A stretch of DNA of 21,555 nucleotides from Atractiella rhizophila (taxonomy: Eukaryota): NCBI GenBank assembly GCA_021432655.1, contig MU271360.1, positions 62,001 to 83,555 of the forward strand, written 5' to 3'. This document shows, one piece after another, positions 1 to 11,010 of the stretch (the stretch's first letter is position 1; the number at the start of each line of letters is the position of its first letter). Below the pieces are notes generated by a model, which saw only the letters and a list, made by a program, of their open reading frames with translations, was not told the DNA's origin and searched no databases. A program made the translations under genes and the position numbers.

Positions 1-10
1 GATGAAATAG

Positions 11-626
11 GATGGCAGAAACGTGTTATCTTGCTGAACAGACCATCGCTTACGCTCCACTCTTCAATGAAATCCGATCCCTCACCCCACGACCGACTCC
101 TACAACCGAGACCGTAGGCATCTCAGCTGTGGCTGCTGCCCTCGAGCAAGACGCTGGTGCTATCATTGTCATGTCTACAAGTGGCAACACCAGCAGGCTC
201 ATCTCCAAATACAGGTCAGTTTTTTGTAGACTCATTGAGAGGAGCGCAGATCACTAATGAGTATGAATATTCGTAGACCAGCGTGTCCTATCATCACTAT
301 CACAAGGAACGCGCAGACTGCTAGGCAGATTCACCTTCACCGCGGTTGCTATCCCTTCTTCTACCCTGAACCGCGACCACAAAGAGCTGAGGACTGGCAG
401 AAAGATGTAAGTCTTTTGTTAACATGCAAGACAGTTTTAACAAGAAGGCGACTAGGTGGACAACAGAATTCAATTTGCTATCAAGAAAGCTCTGGAGCTT
501 AACATCCTCAAAGACGGTGTTCCTGTCATTGCTGTCCAAGGATGGAGGAGTGGAAGCAACATGACCAACACCATGAGGATCTTGACTGTGGATGCTAATG
601 CAGTTGGACTGGTCGAAAAGTCATAA
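11..626 (+). CDS. PYK1: Pyruvate kinase, C-terminal part (5' truncated by window edge); exons 11-214, 277-406, 456-626
   Basis: Spliced translation [22 protein letters not shown]...[65 protein letters not shown]...[13 protein letters not shown]...[22 protein letters not shown] matches the PK C (alpha/beta) domain; GT-AG introns 215-276 and 407-455; TAA at 624-626. Confidence 0.95.
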
Positions 627-729
627 TTAGGTTGTCTGAACATAATCGCATGGAAAACAGTTGGATGACGTCTAACGAGATAATTTTGTTACATTCTTTG
701 TTTCAAGTTTCAAGTTCGTGCAATAGACT

Positions 730-1766
730 TCAAATTCGTGCCTGCAGACCCTCTCTTTCACCCAACTGCAAAAATTCCACCACCTTGTCAATCAACTTCA
801 CTGCCGCGCTTTCGATATGAACACGATGGTCGGCGCCTTCCAGAACATAGGTTGTCAATACTCCTTTGGCGGCGGCGCGAGTCCACCTCTCGATTAGCTG
901 AGGTTGGACTGTCTTAATATTCGGTGTGTATTCGTCTTCTCCACTGAAGAGCGCCAAAACTGGAATATGAGGGGGGAGTTGTCCAAACGTCTGTGAGATT
1001 GCGCGATGGTCATCGCCTGTGTCTGGCAGAGAGACGGAAAAGTAATCGTCGTCTCCTCCAACGCAGAAGAGGGAATAAGCACGATAAACGCTCACTCCGA
1101 CCCCGAAGAGGACGTCGCAGGCTTCTTGTGGCGCGATCGTCTTGTGCTCTGTTCCTTTCGCTTTGCACTCTGCGTACAAGGCTGCGAGCTCGGATGCGAG
1201 AGAAGGGCTGACGGGGAAACCTTCACGGTCGGAAACTGATTGATGGAAAGTGTAAGAAGCTGTAAGGGTTTTGAGTCCAAAGAAACACACCTGGTGCGTG
1301 AAGAATGGCTTTTTTGATTGAATCGGTAGATTTGTTCAGTAAATAGTGTATCGTATCCTGAGAACCGGTTGAATGACCCATCAAAACGATCTCGTCCTTG
1401 CCTGTCCCAGACTTAAAGGATGAGAGTTATAGACTACATACGACATGAAAACTGACCAATACGCTTTAGATACTCGACTGCCCACTCGATCTCGTCCACA
1501 TCTCTATCCAAAGAGCCACGAGCAAATCCCTTGTAAGCAGAGCTCAAATGAGGTTGAGCAAGAGCCCATCCTTCATTCTTCAACCTTTCAGAAAGAGGGG
1601 CAGTCCAGGGAACAGTCGACAGTCCGTCAAATAATCCGGGAATGAAGACGAGGACTTTCTTGGACTCCAAAGATCCTGAGAGGAAGAGAGGAAGCGGGAT
1701 GAGGACATCTGGAGGTGTGTAGGTGTGCAGCTCGCCAGCAACTGGAGTAGGAGCGGAGGTCAACAT
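730..1766 (-). CDS. DUF1749 / UPF0613-family alpha/beta hydrolase, 3 exons
   Basis: LVFIPGLFDGL, SSAYKGFARGSLDRDVDEI, nucleophile elbow IVLMGHSTGSQD (middle exon, about 1291-1402), ILHAPVSDRE, GGDDDYFS, LFSGEDEY, EGADH; two GT-AG introns keep the frame. Confidence 0.85.
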
Positions 1767-2142
1767 TGTGAGGTCAAAGCTGGTTTAATTTCTGCTACCT
1801 GTGATATGAACAATAAGTATACACGTCTCGGTAGTTGACCCAGTGCGAACAACTCAACAATGGAACTCACCGAAGGCGCCTTGAATATCCTCAGAAAACA
1901 ATACAGCAGCTGGTCAAGAATACAACACACAAATTTTACACTACACAAATCCTATGACAGACCTGCACCAACTATGTTAGCTGGTTGTTGGTTGAAGCTC
2001 TCTTTCGTGATCATGGAGGTGAGGGCGGGCGGAAGTCTAACTCCAATGAAGTTAGGCGTCGCTCAGTTGTACGTTGTGCGTACGCGCCATCAGATCAATC
2101 CTGTTAAGTTGCAGCTGCATCATCCAGTTCAATCAATCAGCC

Positions 2143-3175
2143 ATGTCTCCTCCTGAGTTCTCTTCTAGACCCCAGGTAAGACTATCTCCGTAGATTAGCT
2201 GCAGTGATCAAATCCTGGGAAGGGCGACATCATCTGCCTCTTCGACGTCGATGGCACACTCACGCCTGCCAGGCGAGAGGTCAGCCCTGAAATGCTGCAA
2301 TTGCTTCAAGACGCGCGCAAGAAGATAGTCATTGGATTCGTCGGTGGTTCCGACCTTGCGAAGCAGCGGGAGCAGCTGGGGGAGAAAGGTGAGCTTCCTC
2401 ATTTCGTTCTTGGAATGTTGGGTAACTTGTTGGGCGGTTGGGTTTGAAGTTCTTGAACTCTTCGACTTTTGCTTCTCCGAGAATGGACTCACGGCTTACA
2501 AGCTCGGGAAGGAGTTTGCGTCCCAGTCTTTCATTGGACATTTGGGTGAGGAGCGATATGCCAAGATGGCGCGCTTTATCCTTCGCTGGCTTTCCGATCG
2601 CACCGATATTCCTATCGTTCGGTTAGTCTGTTCGTATCTTTGTTATCTGACATGTTAATGGAGGAATCGCAGAGGAACGTTCATAGAGTTCAGAAACGGC
2701 ATGATCAATGTTAGTCCGATTGGCAGGAACGCCTCTGTTCAGGAGAGGAATGACTTTGAGGAGTTTGATAAGGTATGCCCTACTCAAATCTTCTTCAGAT
2801 TGATACATAGATCAAACGTGGAATATTAGAAAGCTGGTGTGCGAAAGGCGCTGGTAGAAGCGTTACAAAAGGAATTCGCTGATTATGGCCTAACGTATTC
2901 GATTGGCGGTCAGATCTCCTTCGATGTCTTCCCTACCGGTTAGTCCCCCACCCAATCCTTTATGCTTAACGCTTACTCTAGCATGACCAGGTTGGGACAA
3001 AACTTATTGCCTGCGACACATTGAGAACGAGAACTTCAAAGAGATTCATTTCTTCGGAGACAAGACTTTCAAAGGAGGGAACGATTACGAGATCTATGAG
3101 GACCGTAGGACGATTGGACATTCGGTCAAGAACCCAGAAGAGACAATGGAGATTTTGAAGAAACTCATTTCTTGA
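2143..3175 (+). CDS. SEC53: Eukaryotic phosphomannomutase (HAD IIB), copy A, canonical motifs; 6 exons, 254 aa
   Basis: [29 protein letters not shown]...[15 protein letters not shown]...[10 protein letters not shown]...[24 protein letters not shown]...[22 protein letters not shown]...[18 protein letters not shown]...TIGHSV; five introns; TGA at 3173-3175. Confidence 0.95.
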
Positions 3176-3612
3176 TGGTTGTAGCATCTTTGGTTGAACG
3201 CAAATTTGGGCAATGGGATCAAGTAAATACGTCACACAAAAGCATGGGAACGCATAGACTTTCAAAGTATTCTATCAACTTGAACTATTTGTCTAGTTAG
3301 CCGCATTAGGCACAAAAAGCACAAAAAGTTATCGCCTTAAAGAAGAAAAGGTTTTGCTAAGTGCCATTCGGTTCCCGGTCCCGTGGAACGGTTCCCCTAA
3401 CTTCCTCCGCAGACGCGTTGGACCATCGTTTTCGTGCTTATTCGTGCTCAGCGTTTCGTCCCCACCTGCTTACTTGGAGCGAATGATTACCTTCTGGCTT
3501 CCGCACGCAGTTTGACAGCGTCTTTCGACCATAATGTGCCACAGAATCAGCCTCATGCTCCTGATCTTTTCCAAGCGGGAGTCAAGACCGCGTGACCCCT
3601 TCGAGAGCCCCT

Positions 3613-3618
3613 TATAAA
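3613..3618 (+). promoter_or_regulatory. Putative TATA box of the GH3 gene
   Basis: TATAAA about 125 bp upstream of the ATG at 3741; motif match only. Confidence 0.35.
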
Positions 3619-3740
3619 GCCACCAGGTGGTGGTTGCATATCTTCTTCCCGCCAGCGGAGAGAGCATCAAAGCTCGTTCATTCCTCGAGGCCGCATACCC
3701 ATTTTAGTCGGATACCTTGGAGTTGTTATCAATATCCGAG

Positions 3741-6557
3741 ATGACCTTCCTTCCCACTCTCCTTCTGCATCTCCTACCCCTCTCCATCATCGGGGTAGGT
3801 GCACAAATCACTCCCCGCACATGGGACGAAGCAAAGTCGTTGGCTGCTGCCACGATTTCATCCTTGACTTTGGAAGAGAAGGTGGGGTTGATGTATGGCC
3901 TGGGACAATTTGGCTCTCAATGCGTCGGGAACACCCACGCTGTCACCCGTGTTGGCTTGCCTTCTATCTGTTTGAACGATGGACCTGCCGGTGTAAGGTT
4001 GGTCGATTTGGTCTCTGCATTTCCAGCAGGTGAGTTCCGCTTGAGTTGGCGGCCTGAATGTAACTGACTGGATGCTTCGATAGGCATCAATGCTGCCGCT
4101 ACGTGAGTCCAATATCTTGCGAATGTGAAGAAACTGAAACCAAGGGAAATGATAGCTTCAACCGGGATTTGATCAGACAAAGAGGAGTGGCTATTGGGGA
4201 AGAGTTCCGAGCGAAAGGTGCGTAGAATAATCTCACCAAGACCAGCACTCTTACCGATGGATGGCAGGAATCCATGTTTTCGCACGTTGCTACCTTTGGT
4301 ATCCTTTACATAAGTCTTATCATGTCCTTATCTAGCTGGGTCCCGCTATCGACCCAATGCGTTCTCCTGAAGGAGGGCGTGCCTGGGAATCCTTTGGAGC
4401 TGGTCTGCATGTTTTCACCAAAACTACATGGTACTAACTTTGTACCACAGATCCATGGCTTAATGGCGAAGGCGGATTCGAAACGATTCAGGGTGTTCAA
4501 AGCGTGGGAGTACAAGCAGTAGCCAAACATGTGGGTTCTTCTCCTTACTCTTCAACCTTGGCTTGAAGTGTGAATCTTACCACCGCGAAATGGGGTGTTT
4601 TCACAGTTTCTCGCCTACATCCAAGAACATTATCGATTCACCTATTCTGCTGAAGTCGACAATCGGACTCTGCACGAGATCTATTGGCAGCCATATCTGA
4701 GGGCTATCGACGCTGACGTCTCGAGCGTCATGTGCATGTACAATCGCTTCAACGAAACTTACGGGTGCGAAGATCCGTTCCTCATCGGTGAAGGTGGCCT
4801 TCTAAAAGGTTAGCCTGCCTCCTAAGTACTACCTAAAAGAGTGGCTCAACCGTTGTTTCTAGGCGAAGGAGGATTCCAAGGCTATGTAATGTCAGATTGG
4901 GGAGCAAGTCATGGGAGCGCACAGTCGACCGTACAAGCAGGATTGGATATGGAGTGAGATCTGGTCTCATCATCTTACAGCCTTCCAATCGCTGACTTTC
5001 TGTCGCACAGGCAACCAGGTGATTGGATCCTCGTAGGAGGAGGAGTGTATGCCGGCCTCGCGAGCGTCTTCACAGGTGGTAGCCTACTCGATCAGGTGAA
5101 AAACGGAGCTGTATCTGAAGCGCTCATCGACAGCATGACGACTCGGTATCCGTTTTCATTTGCCTTCCATANNNNNNNNNNNNNNNNNNNNNNNNNNNNN
5201 NNNNNNNNNNNNNNNNNNNNNNNNNNNNNNNNNNNNNNNNNNNNNNNNNNNNNNNNNNNNNNNNNNNNNNNNNNNNNNNNNNNNNNNNNNNNNNNNNNNN
5301 NNNNNNNNNNNNNNNNNNNNNNNNNNNNNNNNNNNNNNNNNNNNNNNNNNNNNNNNNNNNNNNNNNNNNNNNNNNNNNNNNNNNNNNNNNNNNNNNNNNN
5401 NNNNNNNNNNNNNNNNNNNNNNNNNNNNNNNNNNNNNNNNNNNNNNNNNNNNNNNNNNNNNNNNNNNNNNNNNNNNNNNNNNNNNNNNNNNNNNNNNNNN
5501 NNNNNNNNNNNNNNNNNNNNNNNNNNNNNNNNNNNNNNNNNNNNNNNNNNNNNNNNNNNNNNNNNNNNNNNNNNNNNNNNNNNNNNNNNNNNNNNNNNNN
5601 NNNNNNNNNNNNNNNNNNNNNNNNNNNNNNNNNNNNNNNNNNNNNNNNNNNNNNNNNNNNNNNNNNNNNNNNNNNNNNNNNNNNNNNNNNNNNNNNNNNN
5701 NNNNNNNNNNNNNNNNNNNNNNNNNNNNNNNNNNNNNNNNNNNNNNNNNNNNNNNNNNNNNNNNNNNNNNNNNNNNNNNNNNNNNNNNNNNNNNNNNNNN
5801 NNNNNNNNNNNNNNNNNNNNNNNNNNNNNNNNNNNNNNNNNNNNNNNNNNNNNNNNNNNNNNNNNNNNNNNNNNGAGAACAAAGTGGGCCATCACTAGTT
5901 GATGTTCTCTGGGGAAACTGTCAACCCGAGCGGGAGACTACCTTACACTGTGGCCAAAGCAAGGGCAGATTATCCAACCGGTTCGTATTGTCCCTTCCCT
6001 GCGACATCCCCTGCTGATGGAGCAACTAGATATTCTCTACTTCTCCTTCGACGCCTCTCCTACCATTCAATTCACCGAGGGCCTCTTCCTAGATTATCGA
6101 CACTTTGATTCCGCCTCCATAACTCCACGCTTCGAATTTGGCTTTGGACTCTCATACACCACCTTCCAGTATTCAGGTCTCTCCATATCCGCCTCGGGCG
6201 ATGGCGCCACCATCTCGTTCACCATCGCCAATACTGGAACAGTAGCCGGTAGAGAAGTCCCACAGGTGTACCTCGCCTTCCCATCCGGCAGCGGGGAGCC
6301 TCCTCAGCTGTTAAGGGGGTTTGACAATGTCTTGATTGCCGCCGGAGCGAAACAACAGGTGACGATTTCACTTCGGAAGCAAGACTTGCAGTGCGTATTC
6401 TTTCATTTGCTTGTTAATAGGAAATGCGGGAATAACGAGTTGTGGATGCGACAGGATATGGGATAACAGCGCTCTCGCCTGGGTCAGACCTGCAGGGACG
6501 TTTGGAGTCCGTGTTGGTGCTTCAAGTCGGGATATTCGGCTTACGGGGCAGTTCTGA
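3741..6557 (+). CDS. Secreted glycoside hydrolase family 3 beta-glucosidase with C-terminal Fn3-like domain; middle hidden in an N gap; apparent 1-nt frameshift near 5916
   Basis: Signal-peptide-like [79 protein letters not shown], nucleophile motif [77 protein letters not shown] at 6555-6557. Confidence 0.92.
5172..5874. other. Assembly gap (703 N)
   Basis: Run of N inside the GH3 gene. Confidence 1.
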
Positions 6558-6940
6558 GTTCTTGGATGGGAATAATATGGCAATCTTGTTTATTTGGTAC
6601 AGTTGAGTTCGGTGGTAAGAGAATTGGTGTATCACTAAATATATCCAAAGAAAAAGGAGCACAATGGCCTTTAAAACCTTTGAGAAAGAACTTTGAGTTT
6701 TGAAACAGTTAGTGAAGGTGAGGACGAACTGTTTGTCCCACTCAGCATCCAGCCTTGACTATCCCGCGACCTTCCTTTACCATATGATGTGAGATTATGG
6801 GCTCTTCGACCAATATCTAGTTCTTTTGTCCAGGCAGCTCAGGATCAGGATATTGTTGAGTCTTTCTCGTTGTACTGCCCTTTCGACTTAGTGAAGCTCG
6901 ACCCAGCGATCTGACTGCTCGATCCCATCCTTTCGGCTAA

Positions 6941-7961
6941 TCATTTTGTGCTCGACGGAGTAACCATCTGCACCACGATACGATTAATCCAATGTAAAAC
7001 AAAGGTATCGTAAGAAGGAAATGGAAGGGAGGAAAGGGAAACTCACGATCCATTGCTTTATCGCCTCTTCGACTCCTTCCGCCGATGGCGTCTTTGCAAC
7101 GATAGGGACGGACAATCCTTCCTCCTCTTCGAGATACTTTCGGGTTGTCCCTCCAATCGCTCCTACTACCAACTCTAGTTCTGGTGATTTATGGTTTTTG
7201 AAGTGCTCTTGTGTGAGTGGGAGAGCGACCCGTGCGGAAGAAGGTGAGAAGAAGAGGGCTATCACTCGTTCGTCGCTCGAGGAAGGCGGAGAGATAGCCT
7301 GGAAGGAGGATTTGAGGGATTCGATGTCTGGGGAGGTAGAATAAACTTGAATCTCGTCCACTTCGTGTCCTGCCTCTCGAAGGAGACTGGAGAACAGTGG
7401 AGAGTTCTTGTCTCCCACTAGATATATGAATCCTTCTCCTCCGTTTGATTCGTTCCCATGTTCAAGGTCATGATCCTGGCGGCTTTCGTGCTTGGATCCT
7501 GCGTCGGATGCTAGCCGAGGAAACGTAGCAAGAATATGTCGAGCCAAAGCCTCCGAACTGCCACTCGTTTCTCCCTCCACTTCCCCTTCTTCAGGCCTGA
7601 TTTCCTCCGGCAAGCCCATCAGAGCTCTTTTGGTCGCAGGTCCCACGACGAAGAATTTCCTTCCTGTATACCTTTTTAATGACGATGCCTCTTCCACATT
7701 TAATAAAGAAGTAGATTGATCGAATAAGGCCAGTTTATAAGCTTCTACAGCGCGAGGGCTGGTGAACACTACATTTCTGTTTCTGTCGCCTCCTTCCGCG
7801 ACCAATACGTCTCGCAAGTGGGAGAGGTTGCAGAACTGGGTGCTGAGGACGGGTATGTAGGATGTGCGGATGGTGTGAGGCAACGGGAGGGACAGGGAGA
7901 GATAGTCGTCTTTCGAGTTGGAGGGGGATGGCGACTTGAAAAGGAGAAGGTGGAGGTGCAT
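6941..7961 (-). CDS. HEM4: Uroporphyrinogen-III synthase (HemD/Hem4); exons 7961-7047 and 6967-6941
   Basis: LLLFKSPS..SKDDY, YIPVL, VVFTSPRAVEA, FFVVGPATKRAL, GETSGSSEALARHIL, YLVGDKN, EIQVYST, FFSPSSA, GAIGGTTRKYL, VAKTPSAEGV; GTGAGT...CAG intron 7046-6968. Confidence 0.9.
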
Positions 7962-8209
7962 TTGTCCACCCAACCTTGGCTTTTGCTAGCTTTTGGCCTT
8001 CGCCAAATTAAAAAGCTTGTGCCTCGATCAAACCTTCCGAAACATAGTATTGTGGAGTGGAGCCATACTATTCTCGCACTTGTACAGACAAGATAGAGTA
8101 GAAGCCTCCATGCACTTTACGACATGAGTGTAGACCTTATGTCAAATGGGGCGGGTAGCAGGAATGAGGAGGTGGAATCGCTCTTCCATTTTCAGGTCTA
8201 CAATAACAA

Positions 8210-9546
8210 TCACAACTTCCTTCCACCAGCAGCAACAAGCCTTGCGATCTCTGTACCCCAACAAATCGTGAGCGTCAACATCATCCTCGCAGTCGCGATA
8301 CAAGCACAAAGAAAGAAAAGGGAAACCTACGTTCACTCTTAATTTCCTCTCTCTTGCCTCCCCCAGTAGAAACAACAACGGTATTCCATTGATTCTCTGG
8401 AATATTATACCACTCTCCATCCTTTGTCCAGCTTAGCTCTTCAGTTAACTCAGAAATCTTAGCATCGCTCTCTTCTGCAGCACCAAGCCAAGAAATCAAC
8501 ATCAGGTTTTGTCCACAACGACGGTATGGCGGACGCACCAAGGCCGAGCCAGCGCGCGAGACGTGAAGAGGAGATACGGGAGAACGTTCCTTCTATCTCC
8601 TTCAAAATGTTCTTCCGCACCCTAACACCAATATCAATCAATAACGCGAGAGAGTGTGAACGATGGCCAACGCACCCTTTCTCGAACCCCTCGATATCCT
8701 CCATGTAACCACTCCGTACACCAGTGCACTCTTCGCTCCGTAGATATGCCCAGAACTGGGGGAAATGGCGCGCTTGAAGATGCGATGAGAGAGGTGGTAG
8801 TGGAGCTAGCGGAGGTGAGATCTGTTTCGAGGATACGAACCACTTGAGTATCGGCTTTCAAGAAAGGGATATGAGACATACGGAGGAGAGAAGGGAGAGG
8901 GCGAGGGAGAAGTCTGGGGAGAAAGGGTTTGAAGAGAGGGTGAGGAGAAGGATGTTGAGTATAACTTCAGTCGAGCTCAGTTCAGGGTTGAACTGATACC
9001 TACATACGATATCGCACAACCAGTCATTCTCCCAATGTCATGTACAGATTAAGAGAGAACTTACAGCTTGAGAATTGCCAAATTAGCTAATGCATCGTAC
9101 TGCGTCGTTCCTTTCAGCTGCTCCAGCAAATACGCTTCGAGGATTCCAACGTTGTTGGGATTGTACCTGTCTACTGAGTTTATGAGCGTGGAAATGAGGT
9201 CGGAGCGGGTCGAAAAAAAAAAAAAAAAAAAAAAAGAGGAGAAGGATGTTGAGTATAACTTCAGTCGAGCTCAGTTCAGGGTTGAACTGATACCTACATA
9301 CGATATCGCACAACCAGTCATTCTCCCAATCTCATGTACAGATTAAGAGAGAGCATACAGCTTGAGAATGGCCAAATTGGCTAATGCATCGTACTGCGTC
9401 GTTCCTTTCAGCTGCTCCAACAAATATGCCTCGAGGATTCCAACGTTGTTGGGATTGTACCTGTCTACTGAGTTTATGAGCGTGGAAATGAGGTCGGAGC
9501 GGGTCGATGGTGCGTGCCAGGCCTCCAGCGACGGCGCGAGCGACAT
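8210..9546 (-). CDS. EIF3K: Translation initiation factor 3 subunit K (PCI domain), multi-exon; assembled sequence contains an internal 272-bp duplication
   Basis: MSLAPSLEAWHAPSTRSDLISTLINSVDRYNPNNVGILEAYLLEQLKGTTQYDALANLAILKL|YQFNPELSSTEVILNILLLTLSSNPFSPDFSLALSLL...GFEK|VRKNILKEIEGTFSRISSSRLARWLGL; last exon ends IARLVAAGGRKL*; the VDRYNP and ANLAILKLYQFNP motifs are typical of eIF3k. Confidence 0.9.
8942..9507. repeat. Direct duplication of 272 bp (8942-9213 and 9236-9507) separated by an A run (9213-9235)
   Basis: Hand alignment: 8 substitutions, no indels. Confidence 0.95.
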
Positions 9547-9688
9547 CTTCAGGAAGATCTTCAAGGGAGTTCAATGTTCAGGTACCGTAGCCTGAGAGTG
9601 AGAGGAGGACGAGATCGAAAATTTCTGGGTTCGTGGTTTCGGCGTTCGCGACAACGTGAAAGAGGAAGAACAAACTAAACCAAGGAAG
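9547..9688. promoter_or_regulatory. Probable compact bidirectional promoter between eIF3k and NDUFB11
   Basis: Only 142 bp between the divergent start codons at 9546 (-) and 9689 (+). Confidence 0.55.
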
Positions 9689-10291
9689 ATGTTGTCGCGT
9701 CTAGCTGTACGGCAGCCTTTAAGTGCCACTTGGAGGGTGGGAGGGAGGAGACATGCGTCTTTTAATGCTGGGTTCAACCCACCAACCGGTTCGTTCCTTT
9801 CCCACATATGTCCAGCAGCGCAGGTTGGGTGGTGATGCTTTTCTGGATGCTGGATTGTGTAGGTTATTTGTGGGGAAAGAAACCGTCAGAGAGAGAAGTG
9901 AAAGAGGGATGGGAGGCTTTATGGTACTTTGGTTTCTATGGAGGAACTGCCTTGGTTATTCCCTTCCTCGTCTTTCGACCGGGAGAAGAGTGAGTTTCCC
10001 TTCCTTCGTTCGAACCCCGTATCTCCTTACACATGAGCCGGTTGCTGATGTCACAATGCGTTGATAGTGGTATGTTTGAAAACATAGACACCATGCCCCT
10101 GCCAGACGGGAGCAAGTATAAGGTGGAAGAGGCGCGGTGGATGAAGGAAGTCAAAGGTTTGTATCTCTATTCTCTTCTCGGCTCTGTCTGTGCTCTCGAT
10201 AGAATGGCTACTGAATATGCTTAATGTGTTGGGTATAGATGAGCTAGAGAGGAGGGAGAAGGCTAGAGCGGCGTATGCCAAAGGAGAATAA
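9689..10291 (+). CDS. NADH:ubiquinone oxidoreductase ESSS subunit (NDUFB11-like), 4 exons
   Basis: Spliced: MLSRLAVRQPLSATWRVGGRRHASFNAGFNPPT|GYLWGKKPSEREVKEGWEALWYFGFYGGTALVIPFLVFRPGE|DGMFENIDTMPLPDGSKYKVEEARWMKEVK|DELERREKARAAYAKGE*; Arg-rich mitochondrial presequence, NPPTGYLWGxKP and KEGWE motifs, one TM helix; three GT-AG introns. Confidence 0.8.
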
Positions 10292-11010
10292 ATACAATGC
10301 CGCTTCATAAAAGTCTCTTGAACCGATTCGAGCACATTCTTCCAGCCTTTGCCTATACTCTGCTCCTCTTGACGCTCGACGCTCAACGGTAAAACGCACC
10401 CCTTAGCTCGCATCCAGCCAACGAACCTTTCATCATGCGCAGCCAATGAAGCCGCCGTAGACGTCTTTCCAAGTTCCTCTCGTTTGTGCCGAACGACGAG
10501 CTTGGAATCTCTTTGTTGCTACTTCAAGTCCATGATCAATCGAATGGGCAGACTGGGAATGAAAGGCATGAGAGCCTCTCCCATTTTGCCTTAGCCGTCC
10601 TCTCCGTCGTCAGTCGGGTTTCCATGTGTTAGCCGAACTGGACAATCTCCTTCCAGAGCCGAGGCCGTCGAATTCCCACACGGTCAGACTCTGATACTTG
10701 TTTCTTCAGGGCTGTCCTGCAGAGTGATGTCCTCCATTTCTGCTGCCTCGTACCTTACTTGTACACGGATTGAACGACATGGCCAAAATTTAGTATAGAT
10801 ATTGAACGACGCCATTTCTCTCCCGGTTTGTATGTAATCAGCACTGGTGCACTTGGTAACCCTCAGAATCAATGTCTGCATATAAACTTTGGGAAATATT
10901 ACTCAGATTTACCATACGCTATAATGCTCTGAACAGGTAGCCCTCTTTCTTCGAATTATGACATTCTCTCCACCCGGCTTCAACCAAATATCTTGTATGT
11001 GTACATTGAC

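Noticed and set aside
5045..6017. Long ORFs of 250-285 aa
   Set aside because: Artefacts of translating the N gap
730..7961. Secondary-metabolite or sugar-utilisation gene cluster (hydrolase, PMM, GH3, HEM4)
   Set aside because: No backbone synthase, transporter or regulator; the functions are unrelated
9213..9235. Poly(A) as the tail of a retrocopy or LINE/SINE insertion
   Set aside because: The duplicated piece keeps its intron, the A run is antisense to eIF3k, and no target-site duplication is visible
10051..10690. Minus-strand ORF (AAHDERFVGWMRAKG...) as a separate gene
   Set aside because: No recognisable motif, no clear start or splice model, and it runs antisense into NDUFB11; a gene remnant cannot be excluded
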